Source of the DNA: Candidatus Magasanikbacteria bacterium GW2011_GWC2_37_14
GTDB taxonomy: Bacteria; Patescibacteriota; Patescibacteriia; Magasanikbacterales; UBA922
Assembly (NCBI GenBank): GCA_000990355.1
Contig: LBSX01000001.1
Location: forward strand, 3,392 to 67,391
Length of the DNA stretch: 64,000 nucleotides
Reading direction: 5' to 3'
Position 1 is the stretch's first letter, and each line of letters starts with the position of its first letter. This document shows, piece after piece, positions 48,940 through 56,328 of this stretch. Made by a program: the position numbers and the translations under genes. The notes below the pieces were generated by a model. That model worked only from the letters and a program-made list of their open reading frames with translations. It did not search any database and was not told the origin of the DNA.

Positions 48940-48968
48940 TTGACAAAAGGGCTAAAATATGCTATAAT
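48940..48968 (+). promoter_or_regulatory. Consensus sigma70 promoter TTGACA-17-TGcTATAAT, near-identical to the one at 11784
   Basis: cTTGACAaaagggctaaaatatgcTATAATtg versus cTTGACAaaagcaagaaaatgtgcTATAATat; 25 of 31 positions identical. It points into GC-rich repeat copy B. Confidence 0.55.
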
Positions 48969-48998
48969 TGTGGCATAAAACTGCCCTAGAGGCATTTG

Positions 48999-49136
48999 AT
49001 GATCTATTGCGCCGTGTTCCTAACCGAAAACAACGAACTAACCCTCAACCCTACTGGAACCAACTGGGAGGCGGTAGGCATCGCCACCATAGGATACGAG
49101 GGCCTCACGCGCTTCATCGCCTTCGGCCAGGGCTAA
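48999..49136 (+). CDS. candidate small ORF (45 aa) in the GC-rich transcript downstream of the 48940 promoter
   Basis: AGAGG 6 nt upstream of the ATG; MIYCAVFLTENNELTLNPTGTNWEAVGIATIGYEGLTRFIAFGQG. Speculative; it could equally be non-coding. Confidence 0.25.
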   Translation: MIYCAVFLTENNELTLNPTGTNWEAVGIATIGYEGLTRFIAFGQG

Positions 49137-49268
49137 TCAGCCCAGCCTCGCTCCTTCCCCCGCCCACTTCCGGGCACACCCAAGCAAAAATGGGTGACAA
49201 AAAACCGCCACCCTGCTCAGTTTATTAAATCTAATAATTTGAACAAGGAGAAGAGGCGGTTTTTTGTT
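49095..49268. repeat. GC-rich ~170-bp repeat, copy B; ends in the hairpin aaaaaaccgcc..(45 nt)..ggcggtttttt
   Basis: See copy A. The terminal inverted repeat plus T-tract looks like a terminator for the 48940-promoted transcript. Confidence 0.75.
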
Positions 49269-49380
49269 TGTTTCCCTCCCCTACAAGGGGAGGGTTAGCC
49301 TGCCTGCCGGTAGGCAGGGGTGGGGTCTGGCAAACAGCGAAACCTCCTCCTCGCCTCCCCCTTATAGGGGGAGGAAAATT
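49264..49380. repeat. Cluster of three GC hairpins (ccctcccctacaaggggaggg; cctgcctgccggtaggcagg; cctcccccttatagggggagg) downstream of hpf
   Basis: Perfect palindromes directly readable. Likely terminator(s) for hpf on the minus strand. Confidence 0.65.
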
Positions 49381-49381
49381 G

Positions 49382-49726
49382 TTATCCCTGATATTCTTTT
49401 TCACCACGCAAAACTTTTTTATCTTTGGCGCGCATTTTTTCTTTCATTTTTTCTAGTTCTACTTTTAAATGATCTTTTACTTTGTCAATCGCTTTGTACA
49501 AATCTGGTTCTTCTTTTACCACACGCAATAATTTTCCAGGTACTGCCAAATTTACTTCGGCATAAAAAATATCGCCTTTTTGATGATGATGCGAAGTCAT
49601 GCCCACATCAATATCCGCACTTTGAATATTGTCAAAAAATTTTTCTAAAGTACTAATTTTTTCTTCGGCATAATTTTTTATAGCTTCAGTTAATTCAATG
49701 TTTGTACCTTTAATATTTATATTCAT
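49382..49726 (-). CDS. hpf: ribosome hibernation promoting factor (RaiA/YfiA family)
   Basis: 114 aa; MNINIKGTNIELTEAIKNYAEEKISTLEKFF...IFYAEVNLAVPG. Confidence 0.8.
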   Translation of the reverse strand: MNINIKGTNIELTEAIKNYAEEKISTLEKFFDNIQSADIDVGMTSHHHQKGDIFYAEVNLAVPGKLLRVVKEEPDLYKAIDKVKDHLKVELEKMKEKMRAKDKKVLRGEKEYQG

Positions 49727-49736
49727 AAATTTTATT

Positions 49737-50675
49737 TTAATTAATTATTTCCACTTCGGGAATTAATTCAACCCCAAATTTATTATATACTTTTTCCTTT
49801 AGAGTTTCAATTAAAGTCAAGATGTCTGTTTGGGTGGCATTCTTATAATTAATAATAAAATTACCATGCTCATCGGAGATCTTGGCGCCACCTACAGCAA
49901 AGCCTTTCATGTCTAATTGTTCTACTAGCCAACCAATTGGTACTTTTTTACGCTCCACAAATATTTCGGGCAATGCTTTTAAATCTCCTGGCCACTTGGC
50001 AATGTCTATATTTTGAAAAAAACTTCCGGCCGATGGATATGCTGGGTAGCGCCCACTGCGCTGTTTTAAATATCCAGTCATGGCAGTCATAATAGTTTGT
50101 TTTTCTGCCGGTACCAATTTAAAATAAGCTTTTAAAATTACTCCCCCTTTATTTTTTATACAACTGTCGCGATAAGAAAATTTCAATTCTTCTTTGGTCA
50201 TTTCAATTACTTCTCCATCTTGCCACATTTCTATCTTTTCCAAACAATTGGCAGCTTCTCGGCCCATAGCACCAGCATTACCGCGCACGGCTCCACCAAC
50301 TGTTCCCGGAATCCCTACGCCCCATTCCAAACCCGATAAACTATTTTTTGAGGCTTCAACAACAATTTTTGATAATAAAACCCCAGCCTCGGCCATAATA
50401 ATATTATTTTCCGTAATTAATTTTCTAGTTCTTACTTTAATTACCACTCCTTTAAAACCCTGATCATTAAAAAGCATGTTACTACCACCACCCAAAATAA
50501 AATAATCAATTCCAGCGCCATTTACAAAATTCAAAAGCTCAATTAATTTTTGATTATCGATAATTTCTATAAAAAAATCCGCCGGCCCGCCAATTTTAAA
50601 AGTGGTGTGCTTGGCCAGCGACTCATTTATTTTTACATGACCAAATTCCTTTAATTGTTTGTATAATTCCTGCAT
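49737..50675 (-). CDS. murB: UDP-N-acetylenolpyruvoylglucosamine reductase
   Basis: 312 aa; FAD-binding KHTTFKIGGPADFFIEI..ILGGGSNMLF and the C-terminal MurB domain. Confidence 0.85.
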   Translation of the reverse strand: MQELYKQLKEFGHVKINESLAKHTTFKIGGPADFFIEIIDNQKLIELLNFVNGAGIDYFILGGGSNMLFNDQGFKGVVIKVRTRKLITENNIIMAEAGVLLSKIVVEASKNSLSGLEWGVGIPGTVGGAVRGNAGAMGREAANCLEKIEMWQDGEVIEMTKEELKFSYRDSCIKNKGGVILKAYFKLVPAEKQTIMTAMTGYLKQRSGRYPAYPSAGSFFQNIDIAKWPGDLKALPEIFVERKKVPIGWLVEQLDMKGFAVGGAKISDEHGNFIINYKNATQTDILTLIETLKEKVYNKFGVELIPEVEIIN

Positions 50676-50716
50676 AATTGATTTTTTTCTGGATTTTTAA
50701 TATAATTACCCTCGTT

Positions 50717-52663
50717 ATGTTGAACTTAACAGACAACCCAACTATCTACGTAACCCGCGATATTGAACGCGCACTCGGAATTCCGGTTAACACCAAGGGT
50801 TATTTTATTATCTCAAATTATTCCGACTTTGCCAAGAGTTATAAAAAAAATAGAAATATACTTTTGATTAAAGCAAAGCCCCGTACCGACCGAGGGTCTG
50901 GTACTGGGGAAAAAGAACAATTAGATACATGGGAGTTGTTGCAAAATAAAAAAGTAAAAAAGTTTATTGGCACACTGTCATCCCGAGCACACCCCGCAAA
51001 TGCGGGGGAAGCCGAGGGATCCCTTAAACAAAGTAAAAGGGATTCCTCCACGGGAGCCTGCCCCGAGCGGACTAGCCGAGGGGGTCGGAATGACACACAC
51101 GCCAAAATCCTAGTTTTTAAAAACACTCTACAAATAGAAAAAACCTGTGCCGAAAACGGTTGGGAATTATTAAATCCACCAGCAAAAATTTCCAATGCAG
51201 TAGAAGAAAAAATTTCGCAAATTACTTGGCTTGGACCATTAAAAAAATATTTACCCAAATACCAAGTTTTAAAATGCAAAGATATTGATCTAGAAAAAGA
51301 ATCGCAGAGGAATTATTTTTCCGAAGTGAGGACCAAGCAGAGCGAACCCGCAACGAGGGAAAATAATTCCTCGAAATTCTTTAAACCATTTATCTTACAA
51401 TTTAATCGTTCACATACTGGTAACGGAACATTTTTAATTACTAATGAACAACAATTAGTGGAATTGCAACAAAAATTTCCTGAACGAGAAGTACGAATTG
51501 CCGAATATATTCCCGGTCCGCTTTTTACCAACAATAATGTGGTAACCAAAAATGCTATTTTGCTTGGCAACCTAAATTATCAAATCACTGGTCTTAAACC
51601 TTTTACAGATTTATCTCTTTCTACCATTGGTAATGATTGGGCTCTGCCACACAAAATTTTGAACAAAAAACAAATTGCCGAGTACAATAAAATTGCCAAT
51701 GAGGTTGGTTTACGCTTGCAAAAAGCAGGATGGTGCGGACTTTTTGGGATTGATGTAGTACAAAACGAACATACTAAAAAATTATACTTACTAGAAATTA
51801 ATTGTCGACAGCCCGCAAGTACGACTTATGAATCACAGTTGCAACTCTCTGTCATCCCGAGCGAAGTAAAACGAAGTCGAGGGATCCCTTACACAACAAC
51901 CAAGGGATTCCTCCACTCGTCGCGAGACTCGGTCGGAATGACAGATGAGGTTACTACTTTTGAAGCACATTTACTTTCGTTAACAAATTTTGATTTAAAA
52001 AACAAAAAATTAATAAAAATAAATAATGGTGCACAAATAATTCAACGCGTTACGCAACACACGCCGGTAATTAATATTCCGAAAATTACCAAAAAACAAT
52101 TCTTTAATTACTTTGTTTACAACAACAGCAAAGACAATGCCGACTTGCTTCGTTTACAAACCACTGTTGGCATAATGAAAGAACACAACATATTAAATGA
52201 TTATGGAAGAATTCTGCAATACTTTGTAATTGGCGCGAAAGATGGCAAACCCTGGTGTGCTGACCGAGCGGCGGGAATAATTATTAAGGACAATAAAATC
52301 TTAGTAATAAAAAGGAATAAATATGGTGAAGAATTTTATATTTTTCCCGGAGGAACTGTGGAAAAAGGAGAAAAACTAAAAGAAACAGCAATTAGAGAAA
52401 TAAAAGAAGAAACCAATTTAACCTGTACTCTACAAAAAACAAAGCCACTATTTTACGAAGATAAAATTGATGGCAAAAAAATCTATCACTATTTTATCGA
52501 TAAATGTACTGGAACTGCTAAAATCAAAAGCAATTCCGAAGAATTTATCCGTAACAAAGAAGGCAATACTTATGAATTGGTCTGGATTGATTTGTTAGAA
52601 TTAAAAAATATTGAATTACACCCAATTGAAATTAAAAAAGAATTATTAAAAAAATATGTCTAG
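50717..52663 (+). CDS. ATP-grasp-domain protein fused to a C-terminal NUDIX hydrolase domain; carries two in-frame palindromic-element insertions
   Basis: Central ATP-grasp motifs (..EVRIAEYIPG.., GWCGLFGIDVVQNEHTKKLYLLEINCRQ). C-terminal Nudix box GGTVEKGEKLKETAIREIKEETNL. The start is chosen at the internal Met (MLNLTDNP); the track start at 50678 abuts murB. Confidence 0.6.
   Translation: MLNLTDNPTIYVTRDIERALGIPVNTKGYFIISNYSDFAKSYKKNRNILLIKAKPRTDRGSGTGEKEQLDTWELLQNKKVKKFIGTLSSRAHPANAGEAEGSLKQSKRDSSTGACPERTSRGGRNDTHAKILVFKNTLQIEKTCAENGWELLNPPAKISNAVEEKISQITWLGPLKKYLPKYQVLKCKDIDLEKESQRNYFSEVRTKQSEPATRENNSSKFFKPFILQFNRSHTGNGTFLITNEQQLVELQQKFPEREVRIAEYIPGPLFTNNNVVTKNAILLGNLNYQITGLKPFTDLSLSTIGNDWALPHKILNKKQIAEYNKIANEVGLRLQKAGWCGLFGIDVVQNEHTKKLYLLEINCRQPASTTYESQLQLSVIPSEVKRSRGIPYTTTKGFLHSSRDSVGMTDEVTTFEAHLLSLTNFDLKNKKLIKINNGAQIIQRVTQHTPVINIPKITKKQFFNYFVYNNSKDNADLLRLQTTVGIMKEHNILNDYGRILQYFVIGAKDGKPWCADRAAGIIIKDNKILVIKRNKYGEEFYIFPGGTVEKGEKLKETAIREIKEETNLTCTLQKTKPLFYEDKIDGKKIYHYFIDKCTGTAKIKSNSEEFIRNKEGNTYELVWIDLLELKNIELHPIEIKKELLKKYV
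50987..51094. repeat. Bipartite palindromic element (GTCATCCCGAGC..GAGGGATCCC / GGGATTCCTCC..GGTCGGAATGAC) in-frame in the ATP-grasp/NUDIX gene
   Basis: Encodes ..SSRAHPANAGEAEGSLKQSKRDSSTGACPERTSRGGRNDTH.. . The core ccccgcaaatgcgggg recurs at 20527-20541. Confidence 0.8.
51851..51942. repeat. Bipartite palindromic element, second in-frame copy in the same gene
   Basis: GTCATCCCGAGCGAAG..CGAGGGATCCC / GGGATTCCTCCACTCGTCGCGAGACTCGGTCGGAATGAC, encoding ..SVIPSEVKRSRGIPYTTTKGFLHSSRDSVGMTDE.. Confidence 0.8.
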
Positions 52664-53390
52664 TTTGTCTACTCAAGCTCTGGAAGTTATTCAAAATTAT
52701 CTTCACCTCCCCTTTCCTGGGCATAATATTTCTTGCCCTTATTTTAACAACCGCCGGGCCCGACTTCGTGGAGGTTTGCGGGCATTAATTGGCAAAGGTA
52801 GTCCCGCAGATATTGTGGAAGAAGCAACCATAATTTCCTTGCGTGAAAAAATTAATTTAAACAAAATAACTGACGAAGAATTAAAAAAGTTTTTAATTGA
52901 TAAAAAAATTGGCATTGATTGTTCGGGCTTGGTTTACCACATTCTTGATGCCGAAATGAAAGCACAAGGCAAAGGATCTTTACAAAAAATTCTTAAACGT
53001 CCGTGGTTTAAAAATCCCATTAGAAAATTATTAGTAAAATTACGACCAATTGAAAATACTGGTGTGGGAACTTTTAATCATGAAATAAACAGCATGGAAA
53101 TAAATTTAAAAGACCTTGCTCCAGGTGATTTGATTATTATTATGGGTGCTGGGGTAAAACAGGATTATAACCACATATTACTCATAAATCAGATAGCAGA
53201 TAACAAAATTCAATATACTCACTCGTTTCAGTATCCAAATGATGGCCTTTATAATCATGGTGTACGACAAGAAACAATCACTATTACCGATCCTAACAAA
53301 TCTTTGTTAGACCAAACCTGGTCCGAACCGCAAATGCAGGATTACGCGAAAAAAGCCAAGGAATGTAAAATTGCAAGACTTAGGACATAA
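52656..53390 (+). CDS. hypothetical protein with NlpC/P60-like Cys motif (IGIDCSGLVYHIL)
   Basis: 244 aa. A DCSGLV active-site-like motif and later His residues; weak call. Confidence 0.35.
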   Translation: MSSLSTQALEVIQNYLHLPFPGHNISCPYFNNRRARLRGGLRALIGKGSPADIVEEATIISLREKINLNKITDEELKKFLIDKKIGIDCSGLVYHILDAEMKAQGKGSLQKILKRPWFKNPIRKLLVKLRPIENTGVGTFNHEINSMEINLKDLAPGDLIIIMGAGVKQDYNHILLINQIADNKIQYTHSFQYPNDGLYNHGVRQETITITDPNKSLLDQTWSEPQMQDYAKKAKECKIARLRT

Positions 53391-53402
53391 GATTTATGAC
53401 AT

Positions 53403-53433
53403 AAAACCCTGTACCGTTCTGGTACAGGGTTTT
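53403..53433 (+). terminator. Rho-independent terminator
   Basis: aaaaccctgtacc-gttct-ggtacagggtttt: perfect 13-bp stem plus T-run. Confidence 0.7.
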
Positions 53434-53563
53434 AATATTTTCAAGACCCAATCTTAATTAACAAATAATTACTAATTAAGATTGCTGGGGCCTTGAACGA
53501 CCACCAGCCAGAGGCGGGTTGGTCGAGGGATAAGAAAGAACGGAGGGAAGGAACAGACGCTAT

Positions 53564-54157
53564 CTAGCCGCTGGTGGGCCAGAGGCGCTTGTTGGTGGCG
53601 ATGGCCATGTCGTAATTGGCGGTGATCTGGAAGACCTTGTGGGCCATGAGCTTCTGGAAATGCAATCTCATGGTGGCATGACCACCCACTTCCAAGAACA
53701 GGGTGTAGTCGGTCGGGTCGCAGAGGACAGTGACCGACTTGTGGTTCTTGGCCCCAGCGCGCAACATGGCGGGGCCACCGATGTCGATGTTCTCGACCAG
53801 TTCGTCGCGCGTGACGTCGGGGTTGGCCGCCACCAGCTCGAAAGGGTAGAGGTTCACGACAACCAGATCGATACCCTGGATGCCGTGCTTCTCCAGGAAG
53901 TTCAGGTGTACCCGGTTGTCGCGCTTGTAGAGGATGCCCGCATGGATCTGCGGGCAGAGGGTTTTTACCCTACCATCCAGACCCTCGGGGAAGCCCGTGA
54001 CCTCGGCCACGTCGGTGACCGCGATGTCCTGCTCACGCAGGAACTTGGCGGTACCGCCCGTACTGAGGATCTCCCAGCCGAAGTCCACCAAGGCCTTGGC
54101 CAGTTCCACTACACCGGTCTTGTCGAACACACTGATCAACGCTCGGGGCATGGGCAC
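53564..54157 (-). CDS. Stand-alone PurH N-terminal (MGS-like / IMP cyclohydrolase) domain protein, encoded on a ~62% GC island
   Basis: 197 aa; ALISVFDKTGVVELAKALVDFGWEILSTGGTAKFL...GRVKTLCPQIHAGIL...VVNLYPF...DIGGPAMLRAGAKNHKSVTV. This aligns motif by motif with the IMPCH domain of PurH, but the ~390-aa AICAR transformylase domain is absent. There is a perfect AGGAGGTG SD 5 nt upstream. Confidence 0.7.
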   Translation of the reverse strand: MPMPRALISVFDKTGVVELAKALVDFGWEILSTGGTAKFLREQDIAVTDVAEVTGFPEGLDGRVKTLCPQIHAGILYKRDNRVHLNFLEKHGIQGIDLVVVNLYPFELVAANPDVTRDELVENIDIGGPAMLRAGAKNHKSVTVLCDPTDYTLFLEVGGHATMRLHFQKLMAHKVFQITANYDMAIATNKRLWPTSG

Positions 54158-54288
54158 CTCCTGATTACTGGCTAAACCGGAAAGACGTTAATTTCAATTT
54201 AACACAAATAATGCAAATTAGCAAGAGTGTGATGTTTCGATACAAAAACTTGATTTTTTATTGATTTTTTGCTAAGCTATACGGGCTT

Positions 54289-55410
54289 ATGAATGTACCG
54301 CTAGAGACAATCAACGAGCTTAAAACTGCCATTAGCTTTGGTATTTTTTCGTGTATTATTGCTTTTCTTTGGGCACCTGCCTTAACCAAAATTTTATACA
54401 AATTTAAACTTACTCGCCAAGCCGAATACGACGCTACCATGGGCGTGACTAGTAAGGCTGGCACCCCAATTATGGGCGGGCTCTTGGTAATTATTACCGT
54501 AGCTTTAATTACCATTTTATTTAACTGGGAAAGAAAATTTACTTGGGTGCCAATTGGCGTAATGTTGCTTTCTGCGCTCTTGGGTGGCATTGATGATGTA
54601 ATGCACATTTACGGCCACGAAAGACGCAACCGCAAGTTAAAACAAATTTTTACGCTTATTCGTGTTCATTCTGATCGGAAATACCGTGTTTGGCTAGTTA
54701 TTACTTTACCTTGGTCAATTTTTAAACGCTTGGCTTTGATTTTGGGTTCTCATCCTGGCAAAGGCGTACATGTTCACGAAAAATTATTATTACAATTTGC
54801 CGCCGGCGGGATTACTGCTTGGTGGGTTTATTTCAAATTAGGCGAACACTGGCAATTAATTAGTGTGCCTTTTGATGGACTTGTAAATATTGGTTTTTGG
54901 ATAATTCCTTTAATTATTTTTTTTGTAATGTTTACTGCCAATGCCGTAAATGTAGCCGATGGTATGGATGGCTTGGCCGGCGGATCACTTATTCTTACTT
55001 TTTCCACGCTTACAATTTTAAGCTGGCTTACCGGGTATCAAGAAATTACTCTTTTAAATGCTACTGCGTCGGGCGCTTTAATTACTTATACTTATTTCAA
55101 TGTTAAACCCGCACGCTTTCAAATGGGCGATGTTGGTTCACTAGGTTTGGGTGCGCTCTTGGCAATTAATACGATTGTCATGAACAAAATGCTCTTACTC
55201 CCCTTTTTGGCTTTTATTTTTTACGTAGAATTATTTAGCGTAATTATTCAAATTATTGGTCGCTATACTTTGGGCCGAAGAATTTTTAAAATGGCGCCAC
55301 TACACCATCATTTTGAATTAAAAGGTTGGAGTGAAGAAAAAACTGTAATGCGTTTTTGGATTGCTCATGGCGCCATGGTGCTTTTGGGATTGTGGATTGC
55401 TTTGTACTAA
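54289..55410 (+). CDS. mraY: phospho-N-acetylmuramoyl-pentapeptide transferase, with a ~60-aa insertion
   Basis: NAVNVADGMDGLAGG, PLHHHFELKGW. An extra segment (HERRNRKLKQIFTLIRVHSDRKYRVW...GKGVHVHEKLLLQ) lies between conserved blocks. Confidence 0.85.
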   Translation: MNVPLETINELKTAISFGIFSCIIAFLWAPALTKILYKFKLTRQAEYDATMGVTSKAGTPIMGGLLVIITVALITILFNWERKFTWVPIGVMLLSALLGGIDDVMHIYGHERRNRKLKQIFTLIRVHSDRKYRVWLVITLPWSIFKRLALILGSHPGKGVHVHEKLLLQFAAGGITAWWVYFKLGEHWQLISVPFDGLVNIGFWIIPLIIFFVMFTANAVNVADGMDGLAGGSLILTFSTLTILSWLTGYQEITLLNATASGALITYTYFNVKPARFQMGDVGSLGLGALLAINTIVMNKMLLLPFLAFIFYVELFSVIIQIIGRYTLGRRIFKMAPLHHHFELKGWSEEKTVMRFWIAHGAMVLLGLWIALY

Positions 55411-55529
55411 TGATCAATAATCAATTTTCAATTTACAATAAATAACCAATTTCCAATTACCAAACACACTTGAAAATTGGTTTATTGAAAATTTACTGAA
55501 AATTGTAAATTGATAATTGAAAATTATTT
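55411..55529. promoter_or_regulatory. AT-rich intergenic region with long inverted repeats (caattttcaatttacaat / attgtaaattgataattgaaaatt; ccaatttccaatt / gaaaattggt)
   Basis: Two nested inverted repeat pairs are directly readable. Candidate operator/attenuator between mraY and the next gene. Confidence 0.4.
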
Positions 55530-56321
55530 ATGTATCTAAACTGGAACGCACTTACAATTGATGTATTTTCAGATAATAAAATCAACTCTCTTTACAACGA
55601 GGGTTATCTTTTTACCCGCACAGGCAAAGGTGATATGTACCAGACGCGAAGTATTCGCATTGATTTAAGTAAGTTTGAATTGAGTAGTGAAAATAAACGA
55701 GTGTTGAAAAAGACTGAGGACATAGGATTTAAAGTATATGATATTCCATACGAAAAATATGATTGGTCAATTGGCAAAATGGCCAAGGATTTTTATGAAA
55801 CAAGGTTTGGTAGAGGAACGCCTGCACTGAACCGAGCCAAAGGCTCTGGTTTAGTGTTTTCGGCAAATAAAATAAAAGAATTATTAACAACTAAACATAA
55901 TTTTAATAAGTTATTTGTTTACAGTCTGTCATTGCGAGAAGCCCCCGAGGGCGACGAAGCAATCCCCAGTAAGAATGGGATTGCCACGCCCTCCACTTCG
56001 TTACGGGCTCGCAATGACAGTGTCGGCTACGTAATCTGTCACGAAACAAACGAACTACTTCACTACTCTTACCCATTTTATAACTTAGATCTTAAATCCT
56101 ATGTCTTAAGTCCTAACACGGGCATGGGTATGATGCTCCAAGCAATTATCTACGCTCAAAAACAAGGCAAAAAATATGTTTATCTAGGTTCTGCCAAAGA
56201 CGCCAAAGCGAAATACAAATTACAATTTGCAGGACTAGAATGGTTTGATGGAAAAACTTGGCAAACAGATTTGGAAGAATTGAAACAGCAAATTATGCAA
56301 AATAAGCAACAAGCAGATTAA
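55530..56321 (+). CDS. aminoacyl-tRNA-dependent transferase-like protein (ATE/Bpt C-terminal motif; FemXAB-like peptidoglycan branch transferase also possible)
   Basis: C-terminal YVYLGSAKDAKAKYKLQFAGLEWFDG resembles the ATE_C/Bpt YLGY..KM.YK..F.P.E motif. It lies between mraY and murC. Contains an in-frame palindromic element. Confidence 0.35.
   Translation: MYLNWNALTIDVFSDNKINSLYNEGYLFTRTGKGDMYQTRSIRIDLSKFELSSENKRVLKKTEDIGFKVYDIPYEKYDWSIGKMAKDFYETRFGRGTPALNRAKGSGLVFSANKIKELLTTKHNFNKLFVYSLSLREAPEGDEAIPSKNGIATPSTSLRARNDSVGYVICHETNELLHYSYPFYNLDLKSYVLSPNTGMGMMLQAIIYAQKQGKKYVYLGSAKDAKAKYKLQFAGLEWFDGKTWQTDLEELKQQIMQNKQQAD
55928..56018. repeat. Bipartite palindromic element (GTCATTGCGAG..GCAATCCCC / GGGATTGCC..CTCGCAATGAC), in-frame
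   Basis: Encodes ..SLREAPEGDEAIPSKNGIATPSTSLRARNDS.. Confidence 0.8.
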
Positions 56322-56328
56322 GTATTTT

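Noticed and set aside
49264-49656. ORFs 49264-49656+ and 49268-49456+ overlapping hpf and the hairpin cluster
   Set aside because: Antisense to conserved hpf and running through palindromic hairpins.
53639-54175. Antisense ORFs (53639-54175+, 53934-54164+) opposite the PurH-N gene
   Set aside because: Same GC artefact. The minus-strand ORF has clear PurH homology and an SD.
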